Below the pieces are notes generated by a model, which saw only the letters and a list, made by a program, of their open reading frames with translations, was not told the DNA's origin and made no database searches. The position numbers were made by a program, and so were the translations under genes. Shown here in pieces: positions 1 to 7,440 of a stretch of 16,606 nucleotides of DNA. Origin of the DNA: Clostridia bacterium (GTDB lineage: Bacteria; Bacillota; Clostridia; TANB77; RGIG9151); the NCBI GenBank assembly GCA_016287855.1, contig JAEEXS010000027.1, positions 1-16,606 of the forward strand, in the 5' to 3' direction. Position 1 is the first letter of the stretch, and every line of letters begins with the position of its first letter.

Positions 1-1
1 C

Positions 2-1810
2 TGGGCATACATAAGAAGTTTTTCGCCAGGAGTAGATGAGAGTACAGAAAAATTTATGAATTATGGATTTTTGAATCAATTTCTTCTTACTGAATATTTG
101 CCTGCTCAAGATATGTGGTATTCAGGGGGGCTTATTAATTATTATTATTTTGGTCATTATGTTGCAAGTTTTATGGCAAAATTGTCATTTTCCAAGGTTA
201 ATGAAGCTTTTAATTTGTATATAGTTTTAATAAATTCGTGTACTTTTATTTTGCCACTTTCTATAGGGTATAATTTAGGAAAGTTTTTGGTGAAGGATGA
301 TAAGAGGAGGATAGCAAAGTTTATTCCAAGTATAGTTGCGACCTTAACTGGTTTGGCAGTATGTATAGGTGGAACATTATATTTTCCTATATATAATTTC
401 TTTGTGGATAGGACTAAATTGTTTCCTGAAGGAGAAGACACTACATATCATTGGATTGAAGCTGCTAGATATATAGGGTATAGACCGGATACTGATGATA
501 AAGCTATTAATGAAATTATTCCGACATCTAATATGGTTGCAGATATGCATGCTCATCATATGAATACGATTTTTGTATTTTTAATGATTGCTTTGGCATT
601 GGAATTGTTAGTTGATGATGAGAAAAAAAGCTTAAAAGGTAGGTTATTGTCTCCTAATTTGCTGTTAATAGGATTTATTATTGCAATACAAAAGATGACT
701 AATTATTGGGATTTTCCTATATACTACGTATTTGTAGGTATTACATTAGTATTTGCCAATTTTAGGAGATATAAATTTAGTGTGAAAAATATTTTTATTA
801 CATTGATGGAATTAGCAGAGATATTTTTAATACAGTTTTTGGCATCGCTACCATTTACATTAAATTTTGAAACAAGTTTAACCAAAATTTGTATTGCTGA
901 ATTGCATTCTCCGTTACATAAAATGCTTGTATTATGGGGACTGCCAGTATTTTGTGTATTGATGTACATAGTTTATTTAATTTTAGATTTTATGAAAAAT
1001 AAAGGAAAAGGAAAGTTTTTTAAAGAAGGTTTTGCTTATGTAGATAAGTTAGATTCAACAAAATTGTTTGCTTTTATAGCGGGATGTTGTGGAATAGGAC
1101 TTATTTTGATTCCAGAATTAATTTATGTGAAAGATATTTATGGGCATGAATTTGCGAGAACTAATACGGTTTTTAAATTATGCTATCAAGCGGATATTTT
1201 ATTTGATATTGCAGTTAGTTATATTCTTGTTTATTTGCTTTATAAAAAGGTGAATAAATGGTTTATAGGCCTTAGTGTAGTTGCAATGATTGGGGTTTTT
1301 TGTACATTTGGGTATGGACTAAATGCGATAGCCCAAGTATTAACTTTTGACAATCAAGGTGAATCAAGAAGCCTTGCAGATACAGAATCTTATATAGAAA
1401 CTTATCATCATTCTGATTATTTGGCAATACAGTGGATTAAGGATAACATTGATAGAAAAGATGTTATTTTGGAAAAAACTGATGGAAGTTATAGTCATTA
1501 TGGCAAAGTATCTGTATTTACAGGTAATCCTAATGTAATGGGTTGGTACGGGCATGAGTGGCTATGGAGAACGGGTAATGATTATGAAATGCCACGAGAA
1601 GTAAATGAAAGGTGGATGAAAGGTTGTGTAATTTATGATACCTATTATAAAGAGTTATTAAAATCGATAGTTGAGAAGTATAATATTTCGTATGTTTATT
1701 ATGAAACCGGTGCGAATTTGGATACATTGTTAACTTTAGGGAATCTTGTATATGAAACTCCTGGCGATGAAGAGCCGCATATTTATATAATCGATGTTAG
1801 AGGTATATAA
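2..1810 (+). CDS. DUF2298 / Chlor_Arch_YYY-type polytopic membrane protein (putative GT-C-like glycosyltransferase), 5' end cut by window edge
   Basis: The reading frame is open from nt 2 with no stop (WAYIRSFSPGVDESTEKF-MNYGFLN...), so the ATG at 56 is probably internal. It has the 'GGLINYYYFGHY' YYY motif, many hydrophobic segments, and a C-terminal soluble region with 'GWYGHEWLWR'. The family call comes from remembered motifs and was not searched. Confidence 0.6.
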   Translation, partial: WAYIRSFSPGVDESTEKFMNYGFLNQFLLTEYLPAQDMWYSGGLINYYYFGHYVASFMAKLSFSKVNEAFNLYIVLINSCTFILPLSIGYNLGKFLVKDDKRRIAKFIPSIVATLTGLAVCIGGTLYFPIYNFFVDRTKLFPEGEDTTYHWIEAARYIGYRPDTDDKAINEIIPTSNMVADMHAHHMNTIFVFLMIALALELLVDDEKKSLKGRLLSPNLLLIGFIIAIQKMTNYWDFPIYYVFVGITLVFANFRRYKFSVKNIFITLMELAEIFLIQFLASLPFTLNFETSLTKICIAELHSPLHKMLVLWGLPVFCVLMYIVYLILDFMKNKGKGKFFKEGFAYVDKLDSTKLFAFIAGCCGIGLILIPELIYVKDIYGHEFARTNTVFKLCYQADILFDIAVSYILVYLLYKKVNKWFIGLSVVAMIGVFCTFGYGLNAIAQVLTFDNQGESRSLADTESYIETYHHSDYLAIQWIKDNIDRKDVILEKTDGSYSHYGKVSVFTGNPNVMGWYGHEWLWRTGNDYEMPREVNERWMKGCVIYDTYYKELLKSIVEKYNISYVYYETGANLDTLLTLGNLVYETPGDEEPHIYIIDVRGI

Positions 1811-1822
1811 TTTTTGAATATC

Positions 1823-1862
1823 ATCCCTTCTAGAACATATATATGTTGTAGGAGGGATTTTT
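1823..1862 (+). terminator. Hairpin plus T5 downstream of the DUF2298 gene; its right arm contains the RBS of the next gene
   Basis: 1823-1840 pairs with 1841-1858 (about 17 bp, with one G-G mismatch at 1833/1848 and one U-G wobble). T-run at 1858-1862. AGGAGGG at 1850-1856 lies in the 3' arm, 7 nt before the ATG at 1864. Confidence 0.55.
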
Positions 1863-1863
1863 A

Positions 1864-3012
1864 ATGAAAAAAATAGTTTGTTTTTTAATCATAATTTCCA
1901 ATATATTTTGTCGTGGTTTTGCAAGTACAGTTATTGCTAATAAAACAGAGCTTGACTTAAAGTGTAAATCTGCAATTTTAGTTGAAGCAGATACTGGTAC
2001 AATTCTTTATGAAAAAAATTCACATGAAAAATTACGTCCGGCAAGTGTTACTAAGGTTATGACACTTTTACTTATTATGGAGTCAATTGATTCTGGAAAA
2101 ATTTCATTAGATGATATGGTTGGCTGTAGTGAGCGAGCTAGAAAAATGGGAGGCTCTCAAATTTGGCTTAATGAAACTGAAAAACTTAGTGTTAATGATA
2201 TGCTAAAGGCTATTTGTGTTGTCTCTGCAAATGATTGCTCAGTTGCTATGGCGGAGTTTATTGCAGGTAGTGAAGAATTATTTGTAGATATGATGAACAA
2301 AAGAGCTAGCGAGTTAGGCATGAATGATACGCATTTTGTTAATTGCCATGGAATTGATGAGGATGGGCATTTAACTTCAGCTTATGATATTTCTGTTATG
2401 TCTAGAGAGTTAATAAAACATAAGAAGATATTAGATTATACGACTATTTGGATGGATACTTTAAGGGATGGGAAGTCGGAACTTGTTAATACAAATAAAC
2501 TTATACGATTTTATGATGGCGCAAATGGACTAAAGACTGGTTCTACTTCTATAGCTAAATATAATTTGTCTGCAGCAGCAAAAAGAGATGATATGCAACT
2601 TATAGGAGTAGTTATGTGTTCTCCAACAGGTGCAGAAAGATTTGAAGATGCTAAAAAACTTCTGGATTATGGATTTGCCAATTTTGCAGTTAATGTTTTA
2701 GATAAAGCTAGTACATTAGTGGGGCAAACTGAGGTTAGTAGAGGAGAAGTTTCAACAGTTGAGGGAGTTATAGAGGATAATATTAGTTTGCTAGGGGAAA
2801 AGGGTATGTCAAAAAATGTGGAACGCAAAGTGGAGTTTTATAGGTTGACAGCACCTGTTAGTAAGGGTGAAAAAATAGGGGATATTATTTATTTTAAAGA
2901 TGGTGTAGAGATTGCCAGAGGAGATATTATTGCAAAAGACGATGTGGCAGGTATAAAGTTAATTACTATTTATAAAAAATTAGTTGATATTTGGGCAAAG
3001 GTAGGGAGGTAA
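1864..3012 (+). CDS. dacF: Serine-type D-alanyl-D-alanine carboxypeptidase (PBP5/S11 family, DacF/DacB-like)
   Basis: N-terminal signal peptide. Contains SxxK ('SVTK'), SxN ('SAND') and KTG ('KTGST') motifs, and reads co-linear with my recollection of B. subtilis DacF along its length. It has a PBP5 C-terminal domain and an amphipathic tail. The paralogue assignment (dacF versus dacB/dacA) is uncertain. Confidence 0.88.
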   Translation: MKKIVCFLIIISNIFCRGFASTVIANKTELDLKCKSAILVEADTGTILYEKNSHEKLRPASVTKVMTLLLIMESIDSGKISLDDMVGCSERARKMGGSQIWLNETEKLSVNDMLKAICVVSANDCSVAMAEFIAGSEELFVDMMNKRASELGMNDTHFVNCHGIDEDGHLTSAYDISVMSRELIKHKKILDYTTIWMDTLRDGKSELVNTNKLIRFYDGANGLKTGSTSIAKYNLSAAAKRDDMQLIGVVMCSPTGAERFEDAKKLLDYGFANFAVNVLDKASTLVGQTEVSRGEVSTVEGVIEDNISLLGEKGMSKNVERKVEFYRLTAPVSKGEKIGDIIYFKDGVEIARGDIIAKDDVAGIKLITIYKKLVDIWAKVGR

Positions 3013-3035
3013 GGATTAATACTCTATAATATGGG

Positions 3036-3096
3036 GAAAGGTTAATATATGTAATAGGGTGCAAAATCTGAGCAACGCTACATATATTAACCTTTC
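3036..3096 (+). repeat. Perfect 18-bp inverted repeat (GAAAGGTTAATATATGTA / TACATATATTAACCTTTC) around a 25-nt loop; terminator-like but with no adjacent U-tract
   Basis: Arms at 3036-3053 and 3079-3096 are exact reverse complements. Loop at 3054-3078. It lies 24 nt after the dacF stop. The next T-run is only at 3133-3140. Confidence 0.8.
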
Positions 3097-3183
3097 TAAG
3101 GATAATAAACTTATGTTAAAAACTCTCTTTCATTTTTTTTAAAAATATAGTACAATATATAAGAAAAGAGGAGAGGTTTAGTT

Positions 3184-3885
3184 ATGGAAGATCAATTTTC
3201 ACGCACAAGACTAATTATTGGTGAAGATGGATTAAAAAAATTAAACGCATCCACGGTAGCAGTTTTTGGTATTGGTGGAGTGGGTTCATATGTTGCTGAG
3301 GCTTTGGCGAGAACTGGAGTAGGCAACTTCGTTTTGGTAGATAAAGATGTGGTTTCTATAACTAATATTAATCGCCAAATTCATGCTACTTTAAAAACTA
3401 TAGGGTTACCTAAAGTTGAAATTATGAAAGAAAGAATTTTAGATATAAATCCTAATGCAAATGTAAAAATTTTTAATGAATTTTATTTACCGGATAATGC
3501 TGAAAAAATGATGGATAAAAGTTATTCTTATATAGTTGATGCGGTAGATACAGTTACTGCTAAAATAGATTTGGTTGTTCGTGCAAATGAATTAAAAGTA
3601 CCTATTATTTCTGCTATGGGGGCGGGAAATAAATTAGACCCTACAAAATTTGAAGTTTCAGATATTTTTAAGACGAGTGTTTGTCCATTAGCAAAAGTTA
3701 TGAGAAAAGAGCTAAAGGCACGAAATATAAAGAAATTGAAAGTAGTATATTCAAAAGAAGAGCCTATTAAAGTTGAAAATTCTTTTGAAAATAATAAGAA
3801 TGTCCCTGGTAGTATTTCCTTTGTGCCGTCGGTAATGGGACTTGTTATTGCGAGTGAAGTTGTAAAAGATTTATTGAAAGGGTAG
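3184..3885 (+). CDS. tcdA: ThiF/MoeB/HesA-family E1-like enzyme, tRNA threonylcarbamoyladenosine (t6A) dehydratase TcdA/YrvM-like
   Basis: Rossmann motif 'GIGGVGS', then 'LVDKDVVSITNINRQ', at a size of about 233 aa typical of TcdA/CsdL. RBS GAGGAGAGG lies upstream of the ATG at 3184. Confidence 0.78.
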   Translation: MEDQFSRTRLIIGEDGLKKLNASTVAVFGIGGVGSYVAEALARTGVGNFVLVDKDVVSITNINRQIHATLKTIGLPKVEIMKERILDINPNANVKIFNEFYLPDNAEKMMDKSYSYIVDAVDTVTAKIDLVVRANELKVPIISAMGAGNKLDPTKFEVSDIFKTSVCPLAKVMRKELKARNIKKLKVVYSKEEPIKVENSFENNKNVPGSISFVPSVMGLVIASEVVKDLLKG

Positions 3886-3889
3886 TAAG

Positions 3890-4756
3890 ATGTTAAAAAA
3901 TAGATTAATTGTAATTTTATGTTTTTTCATTGCGATTGTAAGTATATCAACCGCAACAACTTTATGTAAAAATACTGATGAGCCAATTCTAAATGTGCTT
4001 ATGATGCATATGGTTACTGAGGAGATGCCTGAAGATAGTAGTTTGGATACGTTATATATTACTGCAGATATGCTTCGAAAATATTGTGAGTACTTTAAAG
4101 ATAGGTATACAATTGTGAGTTTAGATGAGGCATATGATATTATTTCAAATAATAAAAAAGTGGACAACCCTAATTTACTTGTTTTTACTTTTGATGATGG
4201 GTATGATAATAATTATACATTGGCGTATCCGATACTAAAAGAATATGGAATAAAAGCAACTATAAGTGTTATTGCAAAATATACTGATGAAAATAGACCG
4301 GGTTATCTTACTTGGGACCAGGTGAGGGAGATGTCTTATTCTGGACTTATTGCAATTGGTTCACATACGTATGACTCTCATTATTATACAACTGCAAGTG
4401 ATGGAATAAGCAAACCTGTTTTAATGGCACTGCTTTCGGGAGAAACGGCTGAAGATAGGAGAAAAAGAATTTTTACTGATTTAAAAATGGCAGATGATAT
4501 GATTAGTGAGGTTACAGGTAAAAAAGTGAATATAATGACTTATCCTTATGGGGTTCCGCCATTTGACTTGATGGATGAGATTGCTAGAGAGTTTGATTAT
4601 AATATTCAAATTCTTGTAAGACCGGGAGTTAATAAAGGAGTAGAGATGTTTTCTAAGTTAAAACGTTTTACTGTTAATGGAAATCAGGAGCCTTCTCAGT
4701 TAGAGGAGACCATGAAAAAATATAATGGATTGAAGTTTTTAGAAAAATTTAATTAA
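3890..4756 (+). CDS. Polysaccharide deacetylase (NodB homology domain), N-terminally anchored
   Basis: N-terminal hydrophobic anchor. NodB motif 1 'FTFDDGY', a His motif 'GSHTYDSH', and 'TYPYG'. The start is 4 nt after the tcdA stop, which suggests an operon. Confidence 0.85.
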   Translation: MLKNRLIVILCFFIAIVSISTATTLCKNTDEPILNVLMMHMVTEEMPEDSSLDTLYITADMLRKYCEYFKDRYTIVSLDEAYDIISNNKKVDNPNLLVFTFDDGYDNNYTLAYPILKEYGIKATISVIAKYTDENRPGYLTWDQVREMSYSGLIAIGSHTYDSHYYTTASDGISKPVLMALLSGETAEDRRKRIFTDLKMADDMISEVTGKKVNIMTYPYGVPPFDLMDEIAREFDYNIQILVRPGVNKGVEMFSKLKRFTVNGNQEPSQLEETMKKYNGLKFLEKFN

Positions 4757-4770
4757 AAGGAGTGGTTTTT

Positions 4771-5208
4771 ATGGACAAGAAGGTAAAAATAGGTATAGGT
4801 ATTGGTATAGGAGTTTTGATTTTTGCCATTGTTTTAGCGGGTATTTTAAATGGCTGGTTCTATAAGGATGAGCCTGTTAGTAATGAAGGAGATGCGTTGC
4901 CTAGTGATGATGGTACAGTAATAATAGAAGCAGATAATGATTATGTTGGTGCGCCTCTACAAAATATTATAAATAGAGCTGGAACAATAAAGAAAATTAA
5001 TCGAAATGGCGTTGTTATAAGTGGACCAGGAGATGAAGATATTACAATATATATAAACAAAGATACTTGTATTTATGGAGCTGATGGCAGAGACAGGACA
5101 AAAGATGATTTAGCTGAGGGTATGTATATTACTGCAGACATTGATGGAGATAAAGTTACTTCTGAAACTGCTTTTGATGCTATGATTATTTATATTTCTG
5201 GGAAATAG
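4771..5208 (+). CDS. Small N-terminally anchored hypothetical protein (single TM plus a roughly 100-aa extracytoplasmic domain)
   Basis: AAGGAG at 4757-4762 is 8 nt before the ATG at 4771, so the ORF-track GTG at 4762 overlaps the RBS and is less likely. TM segment 'IGIGIGIGVLIFAIVLAGIL'. I recognise no family with confidence (possibly DUF3221-like). Confidence 0.6.
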   Translation: MDKKVKIGIGIGIGVLIFAIVLAGILNGWFYKDEPVSNEGDALPSDDGTVIIEADNDYVGAPLQNIINRAGTIKKINRNGVVISGPGDEDITIYINKDTCIYGADGRDRTKDDLAEGMYITADIDGDKVTSETAFDAMIIYISGK

Positions 5209-5225
5209 TTTTGAATTTAAATTTT

Positions 5226-5254
5226 AGGACGAGTTTTTACTCGTCCTTTTTTCT
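5226..5254 (+). terminator. Rho-independent terminator ending the tcdA-deacetylase-hypothetical unit
   Basis: AGGACGAGT (5226-5234) pairs with ACTCGTCCT (5239-5247) around a 4-nt loop, followed by TTTTTTCTT. Confidence 0.9.
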
Positions 5255-5282
5255 TGACGTATTATAGAACTTTATGTATAAT
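5254..5282 (+). promoter_or_regulatory. Sigma-A-type promoter for the cmk-plsC-ispH-rpsA cluster
   Basis: -35 TTGACG (5254-5259), an exact 17-nt spacer, and -10 TATAAT (5277-5282). It sits about 25-30 nt upstream of the cmk start. Confidence 0.8.
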
Positions 5283-5304
5283 TTACATGAAAAAAGTATA
5301 AGGG

Positions 5305-5982
5305 GTGTTGGCTTTGGAAAAACAATATTTAATTGCAATAGATGGCCCGGTAGGTGCTGGAAAAAGTACAGTTGCTAAGATTACAGCTAAGAAACTTAAT
5401 ATTATTTATGTAGATACTGGGGCTATGTATAGAGCGGTAGGTTTATACGTTACTAGAAAGGGCTTAGATACTAAAAAATCAGAGGATGTTAATAGTGTTT
5501 TAAATGAGATTAATTTAGATGTTAAACTTTCTAATGAGGGTCAGATGATATTTTTAAATGGAGAAGATGTTACAAAACTTATTAGAACACCTGAAATTTC
5601 TATGGCTGCTTCTAATGTTTCGGCTATACCCGAGGTTAGAGTAAAGCTAGTGGATATGCAAAGAAAGTTGGCTGAGACAAAGAGTGTTATTATGGACGGA
5701 AGAGATATTGGAACTGTTGTTTTGCCTAATGCGACTACTAAAATTTATTTAAATGCGGAGTTGGATGAAAGAGCAGATAGAAGATATAAAGAGCTTATTA
5801 AAAAAGGGCAAGATGTTACTTTTGAAGATGTTAAGGCGGATATTGTAAAAAGAGATACTAATGATATGTCTAGGGCAGTTTCACCTCTTAAAAAGGCTGA
5901 TGATGCTATTGAGTTAGATACAACCGGATTAACTTTGGAAGAGGTTGTAGATAAGGTTATAGATATTATAAACGGGAGATAA
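5305..5982 (+). CDS. cmk: Cytidylate kinase
   Basis: 'IAIDGPVGAGKST' P-loop, 'YVDTGAMYRA', 'DGRDIGTVV' and 'RD..D..R..SPL' motifs. The start is ambiguous: GTG at 5305 or TTG at 5314. The latter has better spacing from the GGGG at 5302-5305. Confidence 0.93.
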   Translation: MLALEKQYLIAIDGPVGAGKSTVAKITAKKLNIIYVDTGAMYRAVGLYVTRKGLDTKKSEDVNSVLNEINLDVKLSNEGQMIFLNGEDVTKLIRTPEISMAASNVSAIPEVRVKLVDMQRKLAETKSVIMDGRDIGTVVLPNATTKIYLNAELDERADRRYKELIKKGQDVTFEDVKADIVKRDTNDMSRAVSPLKKADDAIELDTTGLTLEEVVDKVIDIINGR

Positions 5983-5986
5983 ATTT

Positions 5987-6589
5987 ATGTTTAGAAAGTT
6001 TGTTATTTTTTTTGTTAGGATATTCTTAGATATATATTTTAAGATAGATGTTGTTAATTGTGATAGATTTGAAAAAATAAAGAGTGGGTGCATTGTTGCG
6101 CCTAATCATATTTCGGCTTGGGAAACGGTTATTATTCCGGCTAAAACTAAGCGTGTTATGTGGATGATGGGTAAGGAAGAACTTTTTAAGAATAAGGTTG
6201 GCGCATTCTTTTTAAATGCTCTAAAAGTATTTCCTATTGCTAGGGGGAAAAAGGATTTTATGTCTATAAAAAAAGCTGCTACTTTGGCTTCAAATGGCAA
6301 TGCTGTTTGTGTTTTCCCTCAAGGAACTAGGAAAAAGTTTGGCGCAAAATTAGCATTTAAGCCTGGAGCTACTATGGTTGCATATAAGGCAAAAGTACCT
6401 GTTATTCCTGTTAGTGTCGTACCGGAAAATGATTTTAAATTTAGATCAAAAGTACATATTGTTTATGGAGAACCTATTTATTTTTATGATTATTATGATA
6501 CAAGACTAAGTAAAGAAGTAATGAATAAACTTACTGAACAAATAGAAAAGGCTGTTCAAAAGGGAATAGATTCTGTTAAGGGGGAATAG
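5987..6589 (+). CDS. plsC: Lysophospholipid (1-acyl-sn-glycerol-3-phosphate) acyltransferase family protein
   Basis: Acyltransferase block I 'APNHISAWE' (HX4E here), block III 'FPQGTR', and an N-terminal hydrophobic segment. The cmk-adjacent position is typical. Confidence 0.8.
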   Translation: MFRKFVIFFVRIFLDIYFKIDVVNCDRFEKIKSGCIVAPNHISAWETVIIPAKTKRVMWMMGKEELFKNKVGAFFLNALKVFPIARGKKDFMSIKKAATLASNGNAVCVFPQGTRKKFGAKLAFKPGATMVAYKAKVPVIPVSVVPENDFKFRSKVHIVYGEPIYFYDYYDTRLSKEVMNKLTEQIEKAVQKGIDSVKGE

Positions 6590-6591
6590 GT

Positions 6592-7425
6592 TTGGAGCTA
6601 ACGGTTGCAAAAACGGCTGGTTTTTGTTTTGGTGTAAAACGAGCTATTAGTATTACTGAAGAGGCTTTAGAAAAGTATGATAATGTGTATAGTGTAGGTA
6701 GTATTGTTCATAATAAGTTTGTTAATAATGGGCTTAGTGAAAAAGGTTTAGTTTTTGTTGATGGAATAGATAAAGTGCCAGTTGGTAGCAATGTTATTAT
6801 TCGTGCTCATGGGATTACTGCAAAGGAATTAGAGGATTGCCAAAAACGAAATTTGAATGTTATAGATACTACTTGTCCGCATGTTAAACGTATTCATGAT
6901 ATTGTAAAAGAACATTCGGATAAAGGGTACTTTATTATAATAATTGGAGATGAACAGCATCCTGAAGTTGTGGGAATTTCGGGTTGGACTAATGGGAATT
7001 TTAAGGTTATAAATGATATACAAGGCATTGATTCATGCAATCTAGATAAAGTTTGTGTTGTTTCTCAAACGACTATGAATGTTGAAAAAAATGAACTGAT
7101 TGTAAATGAGATTAAGAAAAATGCTAAAGATTGTGTAGTTTTTGATACAATTTGTCATGCTACGGAGGAGAGGCAAAAAGAGCTAAAGACTTTAGCGAAA
7201 GATGCCGACTATGTAATAGTCATCGGAGACAAGACGAGTGCTAATTCTAATAGGTTGTATGAAATTGCAAAGGGTATATGCAATTCTCAATTTATTGAAA
7301 ATATTGATGAATTAGACTTGAATTTTTTGACAGAATCGTGTAAAATATGTGTTATGGCTGGTGCGTCCACGCCAAAATGCCTTATTGACGAAGTTGTCGA
7401 TAAATTAGAGCAAAAAGAAGTATGA
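6592..7425 (+). CDS. ispH: 4-hydroxy-3-methylbut-2-enyl diphosphate reductase
   Basis: TTG start 7 nt after AAGGGGGA. 'GFCFGVKRAI', 'IRAHG', 'DTTCPHV' and 'SQTT' motifs. The three conserved Cys contexts are present. Confidence 0.92.
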   Translation: MELTVAKTAGFCFGVKRAISITEEALEKYDNVYSVGSIVHNKFVNNGLSEKGLVFVDGIDKVPVGSNVIIRAHGITAKELEDCQKRNLNVIDTTCPHVKRIHDIVKEHSDKGYFIIIIGDEQHPEVVGISGWTNGNFKVINDIQGIDSCNLDKVCVVSQTTMNVEKNELIVNEIKKNAKDCVVFDTICHATEERQKELKTLAKDADYVIVIGDKTSANSNRLYEIAKGICNSQFIENIDELDLNFLTESCKICVMAGASTPKCLIDEVVDKLEQKEV

Positions 7426-7440
7426 AGGGATGGATAAAAC

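Noticed and set aside
157-1727. Five short antisense ORFs (60-94 aa) inside the DUF2298 gene. Similar ones lie inside the acyltransferase gene (6106-6300), ispH (6829-7023), typA (9618-10655) and sigE (10920-11102), and one spans the tcdA/deacetylase junction (3871-4167).
   Set aside because: All are embedded antisense in genes with strong family signatures. They lack Shine-Dalgarno sequences and have odd composition, which is typical of chance ORFs.
3036-3096. MITE or IS-remnant interpretation of the long perfect inverted repeats (also 11530-11589).
   Set aside because: Only 20-25 nt lie between the arms. There are no flanking direct (target-site) duplications and no transposase-related sequence. 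A position just after stop codons fits transcript-structure elements better.
3079-3096. A sigma-K-type -10 (CATAnnnTA = CATATATTA at 3081-3089) inside the right arm of the inverted repeat, as a possible tcdA promoter.
   Set aside because: The required AC dinucleotide 16-17 nt upstream is absent, and the start codon is about 95 nt away. The match is to a short degenerate AT-rich consensus that occurs by chance in this genome.
3102-3114. The 13-mer ATAATAAACTTAT is shared between 3102-3114 (downstream of the first long inverted repeat) and 11525-11537 (left arm of the second), which hints at a dispersed repeat family.
   Set aside because: A rough estimate for this AT-rich composition gives several chance 13-mer matches in a 16.6-kb window. 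The match does not extend, and it occupies non-equivalent positions relative to the two hairpins.
3121-3178. Possible anti-RBS pairing (AACTCTCTTTC at 3121-3131 with GAAAAGAGGAGAGGTT at 3163-3178) regulating tcdA translation.
   Set aside because: Only 6-7 contiguous pairs form, and they need a bulge. The tracts are low-complexity purine/pyrimidine sequence, and I could find no supporting alternative structure.
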